DNA of 64,000 nt, from positions 62,001-126,000 of the forward strand of contig QPGO01000191.1 of NCBI GenBank assembly GCA_008632985.1. The letters are read 5' to 3'. Made by a program: the position numbers and the translations under genes. Source of the DNA: Psammoneis japonica. Lineage: Eukaryota. Each line of letters opens with the position of its first letter. Position 1 is the stretch's first letter. Below are positions 36,457 to 47,378 of this stretch, piece after piece. The notes below the pieces were generated by a model. The model was not told the origin of the DNA and ran no database searches. It was given only the letters and a program-made list of their open reading frames with translations.

Positions 36457-39400
36457 CTCCTTGGGGTGGCAACAGCTGCTGGAGCATTGGCGCATTTGGT
36501 GCACTTGTCGTTTTTGCTTGTGTTGCTCTTCTTGCTGTTGACCAAACCCCACCCAACATCTCATTTCAAAGGAAAGGTGACAAAGAGGCACATTGCCATG
36601 ACATCAAAACGTGTGATCCGATCGACGAGTTCTGCACAGATGACAAATTTGACGACACCTGGGTTTGTCGCTCGAAATGAATGTGACACTCACGCGGACA
36701 CTTGTTGCGCTGGGGCGAACTGGAAGCTCATGGAGATGACAAATGAAGTGTGCGAGGTGCATCCATTTCTGGACTCTTGCGAGCTGATCAAACAGATTCC
36801 TGTGGCACGTTGTTGCACCGCATGGACAGATCCGGAAACGACTCGTGAACATTTGCTGGTTGGTGATCAAATGCTCTGGTTTGGGACCGACATGGAACAC
36901 TCACTTTTGAATCCTAACCAACTCCGTGCGCACAACACACCCGCACACGACAACCCTTGCGACACCCGAAACGGATTTGGCATTGAAGCTGACGAAGCTT
37001 TCATCCCTTTCAATGCCACGGGGACAATTGTGTCTTTCAAGTCTCGTGTTCCGACGGATTGGGAAGCACAGAACTTGCCGGTTACACTGTTGACAGGTGA
37101 CGCATGGGATCCAGCACAGACAGACATGGGCTCACCGGAGTGCACTAGAGAGCAGGCGGAGATGCGCACTGTTCGATCATCAACCTCTGGCATGCGACAA
37201 GAACAGGTCTCGGAATTAAGGAGCGAGAAGGCAAGGTCCCAAGCAGCACGCTGGGGCGAGGTCGAAATGCAACTGTCGTCTGTGTCTCCTGTCTGTCAAC
37301 TTCAATCGTTTTGCGACAGGCTTGTCAGCTCAGTGAACATGGCTTGTACATGTCGCGACAACGTGGACAAGAGGCAGAGGGCAGTCAAAGATTTACACAG
37401 CAAGGATCGGCACTCGAAGGTTGATGCTGAAGAGCTGGCCCGAAAATGGAGCATCGGTTTGGAAATGGCAAAAGACACTCTCAATGTAACAACTCAGCGC
37501 GGTGTGCGAACGGCGACCCAGCCGATGTCACGAAGAGTGAGGGTGGATCATCTTGACTTGCATTGGAAGCGTCTGAAAGGAACATGGTTTGTGGACACTT
37601 TGACATCCAAGGTGAAGTCTTTGCTCGGCAACACGTGTGCCAATGTTTGCACTCAGGGCAAATTCGTGAAGGTTGTGCCAATGACCGCCAGGTCGGAGGC
37701 AGGTTTGTCTCTTGTTGAATTCACAGACGACGTGGGTGTGCCAGAATGTCTTATGTCGGACGGGGCAGGAGAGTTCACTGGAAGGAGCACCGAATTTGTG
37801 AGACATGCACGATGCATGAGAGCACAATTGAGAACATCAGAGCAGGGTCGGAAGAACCAGAACCAGGCAGCGGAGCGTGAAATTGGTTTCTTGGCCAAAT
37901 GTTGGTGGCTGCGGATGATGAAGAAGAAGGTGCCAAAGCGATCATGGGATTTTGGTCTTGTTTGCGAGTCGAAATTAGTGTCGCACATGGCAAGAGGCAG
38001 GGATGAGAGGACTGGATGTGAGGAGGTCACTGGGCAGACACCAGAGACAGGCGAGCATTTGGATTTTGGTTTCTGCAATGTGGTGTGGTGGTGGGACAGG
38101 CCCAACAAGCCGAGTGCAACTGACGATCCTCGAAGGCTTGGACGGTGGCTTGGTGTCTCACACAAAGTTGGCTCGGATGTGTGCCATTGGATCACCACGG
38201 AAAGCGGGAAGATTGTCTCCAAAACATCGGCCGAGCACGTGACACAGGCTGACAATGTGCAACCGGACATTCGTGTTGAGGTCGACAACTTTGATGAGCA
38301 GCTGGAGAAGCAATTGGATGACACTGGCTTTGTCTTAAAAGGCGATGAAGCTGTGCCCGCATTCATGTTGGACGATCTTGCAATTGACGGCAACCTCGGT
38401 GTGGAACATGAGGGCGGCATCATGCCAGAGGACAAGGAACATGGCAACATGCCATCACCCGACGAGCGACCAGACGACGACGACAAGCAGGCAATCGATC
38501 AACACCTGGGAATGGAACTCATGTTTGACATCGGAACCAACAGTGAGCGACGTGGTGTTGTAACGAAACGTGCAAGAGGACAGGATGGGCGTCCAATTGG
38601 GACTCGGCATCAAAACCCATTGTTTGACACTCGCGAGTGCAAAGTGGAATGTGCCGACGGAACCACAGACAAGCACACAGCCAATGTCATTGCCGAGAAC
38701 ATGTTTGCTCAGGTCGACAGCGAGGGCAACCAGCACTCTATCTCACACGAGATGCAGGACCACGAGAGGAGTGACGATGCGGTGTCGATTGCTGACGGCA
38801 CCGTACAAACCGCTGATGGGAAGGAGAAGAAGAAGATCACAACAAAAGGATGGAAGTTGTTGGTCGGATGGAAGGATGGTGGCTCATCTTGGGTCAAACT
38901 TAAAGATCTAAAGGACTCTGACCCCATTGAAGTTGCTGAGCATGCTGTTGCGAACAGGTTGACGGAGGAACCTGCTTTTGCTTGGTGGGTCACACATGTC
39001 CTGCATGAACGGAATCGCATCATGTCCAAGGTCAAGAAGAAGTGCTGGCGCACGACTCACAAGTTTGGGATCTGATCACCCAAGTCCACGGAGGACGCTT
39101 TGCGGATTGATCAGGAAACGGGGACAGATCATTGGGCTCGTGCAATCAATGAGGAGATGGCAAAGGTGAAGGTGGCATGGTGCGAGCACGAAGCTGAAAC
39201 CCCTCAAGTCGTCCGGGAAGGCAAGGGCACAACTTTGCATGGTCATCAGGAGATCAGGTGCCACATGGCATTCGACATTAAAATGGATTTCACCAGAAAG
39301 GCAAGGTTTGTAGCTGGCGGACACACGACAGAGGCCCCGGCATCGATCACTTGCTCTGGCGTGGTTTCCAGAGACAGCGTGCGACTTGGATTCTTGTTGG

Positions 39401-40788
39401 CAGCCTTGAATGGCATCGATGTTGCGGCGATTGATCTGGAGAATGCTTGTCTCAATGCACCGTGCGCAGAAAAGACATGGTTTGAAGGCAGAAAGGAATG
39501 CGGCGAGTGCAAAGGAAAGGTGCTTGTTGTCACTTGGGCATTGCATGGCTTGAAGAGCTCGGGACACTCTTGGAGGTCTGCACTGTCATCGGTCTTACGT
39601 GACTTGGGCTTCGAATCGACGAGAGCAGACCCAGATGTCTGCTTGCGTGCGGCGACTCGTGAGGATGGGCACGAGCATTGTGAAATGCTTTTGGTTTGTG
39701 TCGATGATGTGCCAATCATTTCCCATCAAGGGAAGTCTGTTGTTGCTGCAACAGGTGAACACCACACCGTGAAGCCCGGCAGCGAAGGAGAACCAGAAGT
39801 TTGTCTTGGAGCTAACGTTGAGAAGGTTCAGACTCAGGATGGGCGCACAATCTGGGCGAGTTCACCGAGGTCACATGTTGGATCGGCGATTGAGACTGTG
39901 GAAGGCCCATTGGATGAAGACGGCAATGGAGAGGTTCTGAAGAACAGTGCAAAGGATCCACTGCCCCCGAAGTGCAAACCGGAACTGGACGTGACGGACG
40001 AGTTAGGCCCCGACTTGGTGGACAGGCGTTTACAGCTGACAGGGATTTGTCGTTGGGCGATCGAGTTGGGTCGTATCAACATCTTGCATGAGGTTTCAAT
40101 CCTGTCTCAACATCAAGCTAATCCAAGGAAAGGACATCTTGAGGCATTGCACCATGTGTTTGCGCATGTGAAGAAACACCAGAACGTCGGACGCATCGGA
40201 TTTGATCCAAAGGAACCGGTGATTGATGAATCTATTTTCAATTCGAACGCAGACTGGACCGAGTTTTACGGGGACGTCGAGGAGGAACTGCCGCCACGGG
40301 CACCGAAGCCTCGTGGTAATCCGGCAAACATCCGTGCATTTGTTGACGCTAACCATGCAGGGAATGTTGTCACTCGCAGGTCGCATGGCGGGATTCTGAC
40401 ATTCGTCAACAATGCGCCAGTGGTGTGGTTCAGCAAGCGGCAGAACACGGTGGAATCGGCAACGTTTGGAAGTGAATTGGTTGCAATGCGGATTTGTAAG
40501 GAATTGATTGTTGCTTTGCATTGCAAGCTTTGTGTGTTTGGGGTTCCCCTTGAAGGACCGGCAAGTGTCTTTTGTGACAATCGCGGTGTTGCAAAGAATG
40601 CAAGTGCACCCGAGTCGGTTTTGCACAAGAAGCACAATGCCATCAACTGCCATGTTGCACGAGAAGTGGTCGCAGCGGGAATTATTCGTGTTGGCAAGGA
40701 GGACACGGAAACGAACTTGGCCGATCTGCTTGCGAAGGTGGTCACAGGAGAGCGGCGATGGAAGCTTTGCTCGTGCATTTTTTGGCAA
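36457..40788 (+). pseudogene. Element B pol (same frame as gag; premature TGA at 39073-39075)
   Basis: ECDTHADTCCAG, HSLLNPNQLR, SDGAGE, AEREI, GRWLGVSH, FDIKMDFTRKARFVAGGH, ALHGLKSSG, LVCVDD, FVDANHAG, SATFGSE, FCDN, NLADLL; ends IFW then CAA (inferred former TAA). Confidence 0.93.
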
Positions 40789-43700
40789 TGTCCCGACACC
40801 AAGGCCAGGCACCTGTGGCTCGCACCCACACATCGTGGCCTCCCAAGCCAGCACATCTGGTGGTTTAATTTGGGTTCTTGTGGTTTGCCTCTCTGTGAGA
40901 GGATGTCACATGTTCAGACGAATCGGCATTGTCATTGCCGTTTCGCGGGGACCGAGTAAATCTGGATGGAGGGCCACGTTGCAATTGGTGATTGGTTGAG
41001 ACACATGGATCGAGTGGTGCTGCAGCGACACGCTCACAATCTAATCAGGTTTAGGCTCGCATTGACAGTGTCACTGCTTTCCATTTAGACTCAAGGCATC
41101 GTGCTTGTTCTTTCGTTGCATCGAGATTCATTCGAGTGTGCACTTTACATGCATTTTCGGGTGTACACTCACCTTTCTATTTTCGAAACGATCAAAATTG
41201 AATGAGTCAATTGTGCTAAACTGCACAGAAAATTGGCCTCTCGCGTGATGAAAAGCAGAGCACCTGGAGCTGGAACAGGCCTGCTTGGAGCTTCACTCAG
41301 GACAGTGCCTGAAACAGATGATGGAGCCACTGATGGAGATGAAGAAGGCACAAGTCCTGCAAGAGCAGAGCAACATGCTCTGATCAGTCCTGTTGGAGAC
41401 GTGGAGGGTGTTGAAGAAAGCACACCATGCACCACGCACATCTGCCACAGCAGCGGCAAAGCATGGACAGAATCCTGGTCATGAGAAGGGCACCACCACA
41501 ATCTGCAAAAAGCAAAAGCTCAGGACATGGCTTTCTTTGGCACTTGGGGGGCAGGTGCATCAACAACCACAAACAATTCCCTCACTGCAGAAAGCATGTT
41601 GGCACTCTGAAGACACAGAGGAGAGAACACAATGGCGCTGGCCAGTGCACAAAGTGAGAACAGAGCACGATCTGCCTCAAAACATTCACCCATCACCCAC
41701 AAAGAAGATGACAAAGACAAGTTTTCTGCTCTGTTGTTGAAGGCTGTGGGGCATTGGCAACACCCTCATTGCCACATCGCCGCCCCCACACAACAACTCA
41801 CACTTGTCAGGTCAACGTCGTGCAAAGAGGAAATGCTCAGATGTGTTGATGGCCAAAGAAGTCAAAACAGCTTTCACAACCAACACTTTGTCTTTCTCAC
41901 ATTTGCGTCCACCCAAACCCAGCAAGGCAGAGAAAGAATGAGGGCTGCAGCTCTGGAGATCATGTGCAGGTGCAATTGATGTGACCACATTAACGTCATT
42001 GGCTGATGTGAAGGCGGGGGCTTGCAGACACAACCCCTCAAAACTCATTGCAGCAGGTTGGGGTTGCAAAAGCAGCAAAAGCACCACACTCCAACCACCT
42101 CTGCAACAAAGCACAATGATGCTCTTTTGTTCAAGAGCAGCAACAGAGCCTTGCAGCCAAAAAACACACACACATGGCTCACCCCCCACCCACCAGCATT
42201 GTTTTTGTTTGTTTGTCATGTTGACTCCCTGGCATCAGCAGCTGTTGTGTCAATCTTGTGCCAGCCTTTCTGAGCACTCCGCAGCTGTGTTTTCCACACC
42301 TCATCCTTGGAGCAATTGCTCTCATTCTGTGACTTTTTGGCACTGGTTGGGAGTTTCTCATCATCTGCAGGGGGCATCAGCCTCTTCAAAAAATGATGCT
42401 CAGTTGGGACATTCATCATCAGCCACATGCATGCACCAGCACTCAGCATGGCATTGTCATGTTTGATTTTGGCACTGGCAAAAACTTCCAAAAATTGCAA
42501 TTTTGGTTGTCACAGAGGCTCTGCATGTGCACGGCTGGGGCACGCAACACATGTCTTTTCACACTGTGTTTGAGCATCAGCACTCAACATTCAAACAAAT
42601 GCTCACATCCACCCATGGAGCATCTTCAATCTCCTGGCCAAACCAATGGTGTGTCCTGCCTGGGTTTGCTCTGAGCCCATGATTGAAGGGATGTGTGGTG
42701 TGGGAACATGGCCTGGGGTGCAGGGAGCATGCAGTGACTGCACATGTTGTCAGCGTTGGGCTGGCGCTGACACCCATGCTCTTGTGTCAGGCCTCTCCAC
42801 TGAAGAGCACAGCAGCCACATGCTGCTGGTTGCAGGCCCTGCCATCAGCTGCTGCTGCTGGCCACTCTGCCCTCTGCCACAGCCACTCTCTGGTTGCAAA
42901 AAGGGCCTTTTGCTCAGATCAGCAGAAGCAGCCCACCTGGGTGCACAGGTCATGGCTGGGTTTGGGCTGCCAGATGCCTGCTGTTTTGTCATGAACACAG
43001 CAGCCACATGCTGGTCACAGGCCCTGCCATCACCTGCTGCCAGCTCCTTTGACACAGTTGCTCTCTCTGGTGGTCACAGAGAGAGTGTTTTTTGCTCAGA
43101 TCAGCACAAGCAGCCTGCCCGGATGTGCAGGCCCTGGCTGGGTTTGCGCCACTGGACTCTTGCTGTTTCATCATGATGGTTGTGCCATTTCTCTTGGTGG
43201 TTGGCTGCACAGATGCAAATCTCCTGACTCATCATGGAGCACTGTTCTGAGTTTGGCAGAGGCTGTGCTGGCACTTGGAAGAACAACAAAGAGGGGCCAA
43301 AATGATGCAGGATCAACAGGGATGTTGCCTGAATCAGGCCAGCTGGAAGTCACATTGGTGGTGCTAAAAATCAAAAGAGCTGGACTTTGTTGTGGGTGTG
43401 GAGGAGATTTTTTGCACTCTGCTGTCAGCAGCCCAGTGGAGCACACTTGTCTTTCTCTGCCCTTGGCAGTGAAACAGCAAGTGAGTGCTCATGCAGTTTC
43501 ACTCTGTGATCAACATTGGAAGGACTCACCAAGCTTGCTTTTCTCTCTCTACAAAACTGCAAAAAGCACATCATTGACAAGTTCACATTGAGATTGTCAG
43601 CACCAATGACAACCCAGCAGCCATGCATGGCTTTGCACTTGGCTTGTGATGTCCACTGAGCAAACTGCTGGTGTCTTCTTCTGCTGTGCTGACCTCTCCT

Positions 43701-44572
43701 GTGCTCTGCTGGGATTCACCCAATGCTCCCTCTGGGCCTGTCTCTTTGCTTTGGGCTTTCTGCTTTGTTGCTTGGAGTGCTTGTTGCCAGGTTGACAATG
43801 ATCAAGTGCGGAGCGGGATTCAATCCTACAGTGCTGCGATGATGGCATTCTCAAGACTTGCTGACTAAAGAAATTCTGGTCCGTGACATCTTGCAAGGAT
43901 TGCCTCAACGTCCTTTTTGGAACCCGAGACCGAGCACCGAGCATGGAAAAGTGGTGTCAAGGAAAGTTGGGCAGTTTCTTTCGTGTCACATGATTCAGAC
44001 CTCGGACGAAGACATGCCCGATGAAAATTCACCTTTGCTTGCTTCTGATGCGGGTGCATGGATCAACCTCTTATAGAAAACGAGGACACCAAGAGGACAG
44101 AGAGAGGGGGGTCTATTTCAGTAAGGCAAATTAGTAGTTGACATCATAAGTTTCAGTGTTGCAAAGCTGTACTTGCTTTCGAACAAATGCTGTCTTGCTT
44201 CAGGGTTCACTCGTAACATTGGACCTGCTATCGTTTCCTTGAGCCGCAGTGACGTCCATGCACCTACAAAAGCAAACGGACATTTGCGAAACCCTCCCGT
44301 ATTGCATAATATCTTGATGGACACTAAACTAGATATTTCAGTAGCATCATTCATTTCTTCCAATTGACCAATCAAAACTACGCAGGGTACAATACTATAA
44401 TAAATCTCTAGTTCTCAGAACTCGCTAAATTCAATTCGCTCAAGGCGGGACTGTTCTACAATTCCAAGTATTGTGCTGTGTATTCCAACTAGCTAAAGCA
44501 GTGAAGGTCCATGATTAATATTGCTCTATACATTTTCCGTTGTGACTAACCAGTAATATGTGTCCCGAGATG

Positions 44573-45793
44573 CTAATCGAGACTCACTAACGCCTCGGTT
44601 GCATTCTCTCCCAATTGTAGGGTTGAGATTCGTAAAAAGCCCATAACAGATTCAATCTGCTCGGACACGTCGTCTACTCTTTTCCTCAAATTGTCAATGA
44701 CCTCCTTCACAGAAATGGGTTCTAAAAGCCGCGAAAACGTCTTGATGTCTTTCATGACGGCAGCCTGAATTTCGTCGATTCTCTTCGAACAATTGTCAAG
44801 CGTCGACTCGAATTCGTCGGGCTTCCGAAACAACATAGCAGTCGTCTTGCCTCCTTGCAAAACGCTGGTTTGAAGCAACTCCGACAAGTCTTGGATTCTC
44901 TTCCACCACTTGTGCTCCCTCAACCCAAAGTCGCCGATCGTCGACAAGGTTTTCTGTCCAAGCGACACAGCAGTCGTCCTGAATCCTTGCGAGACGCTAG
45001 TCTGAACCCACTTTGACACTTCTTCGACTCTCTTCCACCAATTGCTCGGCCCGAACTCGGTATCATCGGGCTTCCACAAAGTTGGTTTCTGAAGTTGCGT
45101 AGTAGTCGTATTGCGCAATTGCAAAACGGTCGCTTGAGTCTGCAATTCCGTGACAAAGCGTGTCGACAATTCGTCTACAAGGTTCCAAATACGATGCATT
45201 CCGGACTTGATATCCAAAAGAGCCGTGTTGAACGTGTCTGATGCCATTTCCGACTTGATTTCCCAAACAGTTTCCAAGAAAGTGCTGGTCTTGAGTGACG
45301 ATGCGGTTGGTTCTCGAAGCGGTGTGTTGTTGTGGAAGATTTGCGGGAGACTGGCGGCGTTGGAGTCCCCATTGTCATACTCAAAATAGACGCAAAACGT
45401 GTTTGAAGCTTCCACTGGTACAATCGTGGGGGTAGTGTTACGAAGGAGTTGTTGGACCCAGCTGTTGCGCGACTCGGGGTCATCAAACGAAACGCAGAAG
45501 CTCGAGTCGACGAGAGTTTCATCAAAGGGCGTAGTGCTGGGAGCGGCGTTGCTGACGATATTGTGGTAATCGTTGGAGATGCTTTCGATATCCACGGGAG
45601 TGATCGCAGCCATAAACTTGCCTTGGATGTCTTTACGGATCGTTGAAACAGTCTCGGTCGCTTTGATCGCAAACGAGCTTGCACCACGCTTTGCAGCGTT
45701 GACAAGCGAGGCAGGAGGAGGGTTAGCGACGGCACCAGTGCTCATGGTAGAGACAACGGCCGTGAAGAAGAGGATGCTATGAATAACTTTCAT
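44573..45793 (-). CDS. Hypothetical secreted protein with internal repeats
   Basis: 406-aa ORF with signal peptide MKVIHSILFFTAVV and repeated WWKR(V/I)...QTSV.QG..TTA units; normal TA content. Confidence 0.7.
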   Translation of the reverse strand: MKVIHSILFFTAVVSTMSTGAVANPPPASLVNAAKRGASSFAIKATETVSTIRKDIQGKFMAAITPVDIESISNDYHNIVSNAAPSTTPFDETLVDSSFCVSFDDPESRNSWVQQLLRNTTPTIVPVEASNTFCVYFEYDNGDSNAASLPQIFHNNTPLREPTASSLKTSTFLETVWEIKSEMASDTFNTALLDIKSGMHRIWNLVDELSTRFVTELQTQATVLQLRNTTTTQLQKPTLWKPDDTEFGPSNWWKRVEEVSKWVQTSVSQGFRTTAVSLGQKTLSTIGDFGLREHKWWKRIQDLSELLQTSVLQGGKTTAMLFRKPDEFESTLDNCSKRIDEIQAAVMKDIKTFSRLLEPISVKEVIDNLRKRVDDVSEQIESVMGFLRISTLQLGENATEALVSLD

Positions 45794-46294
45794 GGTTGAC
45801 CTGTGAACCAGAAGCGATTCTGAAAATTATGACGACTTGACCGAGACGAGAGATTCTTCGGTGCGCATCTTATCAGTCTTTAGTACAAAAGTCTCGTAGA
45901 AAGTACGTACCGTGTGAACGTCGAAGAAGGGGCATTCCCGTGGTGAAAGCAAGTTTTGTAATCATGTGGCAATGGCTTGGGTGGTATTATCGATTCGTTT
46001 TTCAAAACGTTATAAACCGGCGACACCATGATGGTTGTGTTGGTCGTTTGCGGCGCGTTTTTTGTTTTTTTCGCTCCCGTAGTCTTGCGTATCGACTTCA
46101 GTCACCCATGCTATGAGCGAGCCACGCAGAAAGCGAGCACGCGCGCAGAGTGTTGCGGCGATCCCAGAATCTGGATCTCAGATTGTCTTGCATCTTCATC
46201 CAGAAGCCAAAGCAGTCACCTTTTCGACTTTGTTGGGCAGTTTGGGAGGTTTATTGGTATCGCCTGTTGTTGCGCTCACTGTCACTTGTGCAAG

Positions 46295-47378
46295 ATGGAA
46301 AACAACGGCACTCTTTCCGATCCCAAAGAAGGAATTGACTTTGAGAGTCTCCCATGGAATCTCAATGTCCCCGAGGCTCACAACTACGTGCATGTGACCA
46401 CTGCCGACGAGTGGTCCGGGTCGCACTACAACCTCGAAACCGATTCCGGTTCGCTCCTGGCTTCGCTGAAAAAGTACTCGACCAATCCACTACCCCTTTA
46501 TCCCTCGACGACCTCTCTCAATTATGGAACAACCATTTGGGAAGGACTCAAATGCTTTCGTACCATCGAGGGCAAGGCTGCGGTTTTTCGTCCCGACATG
46601 AATTACGCTCGCTTTGCACGCGGTGCGCAAGCCATGTGTTTGCCGGTGCCGTCTTTTGAATTGTTTATGAGAGGAATCCAAGCCGTCATACAATCCAACT
46701 CTAATCTGATTCCACCATATGGTGAGGGAATGAAACTGTACATTCGTCCCATGCTTTTGGGGAGTGGCCAGCAGCTTGGGCTGTATCCCAGTCCGGAGTT
46801 TTCGCTCTTGTTTTTTGTGAGTCCAACGGGAAACTATTTTTCAGCCAAGTCGTCTGGATTGAATCTTCATTTGGAAACAGTTCGATCGAGAGCGGCAAGA
46901 GGTGGCGTGGGGAATGTTAAGTGCAGTGGAAACTACGCTGTAGCGCTGAAGCCGCTCATGGACGCCAAGAAACAAGGCTTTGATGATAATTTGTATTTGG
47001 AATTGGAAACATATGAAAATGGAGGCTTGGAAAAGGCCATTATCCAAGAACTTAGTGCTGCCAATATGTTTCTTGTTCTCAAGACTGGCGAAATCGTAAC
47101 GCCGTCCTTGGATCGGGGCACCATTCTCCCCGGCGTGACGCGCGACTCAATTGTCAAGCTAATTAGCGAGTACAAGGGTGAATTGCATTCTGCCATGGTG
47201 GCAAGCACGGGAAACGACAGTGTAGAGGTTTCAGTGTCGGAGCGAGACGTAACGGTTGGCGAATTTCGGAACGCGACAGAAGCCTTTGTAACAGGGACCG
47301 CAGCGGAGTTGGTACCCGTGGCTCGTCTCGCTACCGGACAAGGTGAAGAGGAATTTTGTGTGGAGCTTGCCCATGGTA
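46295..47378 (+). CDS. Branched-chain amino acid aminotransferase (PLP fold IV), 3' end lost in assembly gap
   Basis: LNYGTTIWEGLK, FRPDMN..R, LYIRP, VKCSGNYA, ELSAANMF, ILPGVTRDS, EAFVTGTAA. Confidence 0.93.

Larger units (their letters stand above)
34270..41134 (+). mobile_element. Full-length Ty1/copia LTR retrotransposon B (diatom CoDi-like), hypermutated
   Basis: 182-bp LTRs at 34270-34451 and 40953-41134; TSD agtg; tRNA-iMet-like PBS tgtcagagcca at 34455-34465; gcggggac before the 3' LTR; domain order gag-PR-IN-RT-RH. Confidence 0.96.
34153..41281. mobile_element. About 260-bp hairpin MITE split by copia B (34153-34269 plus 41139-41281)
   Basis: 24-bp perfect TIR ggcctgttccagctccaggtgctc / gagcacctggagctggaacaggcc; TSD tgct at 34149-34152 and 41282-41285; further internal inverted similarity. 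Confidence 0.85.
33250..41460 (-). pseudogene. Pro/Ser/Thr-rich (mucin-like) repeat gene interrupted by a MITE and copia B
   Basis: VPSDVPTPSSSAAPS repeats with about 255-bp period (33531, 33785, 34042); removing 34153-41281 plus one TSD restores LSEAPSKAPTDKPSQVPS in frame. Confidence 0.7.
20520..44070. other. TpA-depleted nested repeat/transposon block
   Basis: TA is nearly absent for about 23.5 kb; contains two copia elements, two MITEs and degenerate tandem-repeat sequence. Confidence 0.9.

Noticed and set aside
36457..40788. Alternative genetic code (Tyr read from TGY/CAY)
   Set aside because: Neighbouring genes use TAY for conserved Tyr and TAA/TAG stops, and TA loss also affects non-coding LTRs and TIRs.
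34270..41134. ADAR-type RNA hyper-editing or RT error as the cause
   Set aside because: Changes occur on both strands, differ between the two LTRs, and affect a TSD and DNA transposons.
22277..41134. Ordinary CpG deamination or fungal-type RIP as the sole explanation
   Set aside because: C->T changes cannot turn conserved TAY into TGY/CAY or remove TA, and CpGs are largely retained in both copia elements.
20560..44070. Dozens of overlapping Cys/His-rich ORFs as novel small or metal-binding proteins
   Set aside because: They are expected once TAA/TAG and Tyr codons are lost. They overlap in all frames and show no motifs apart from the copia domains.
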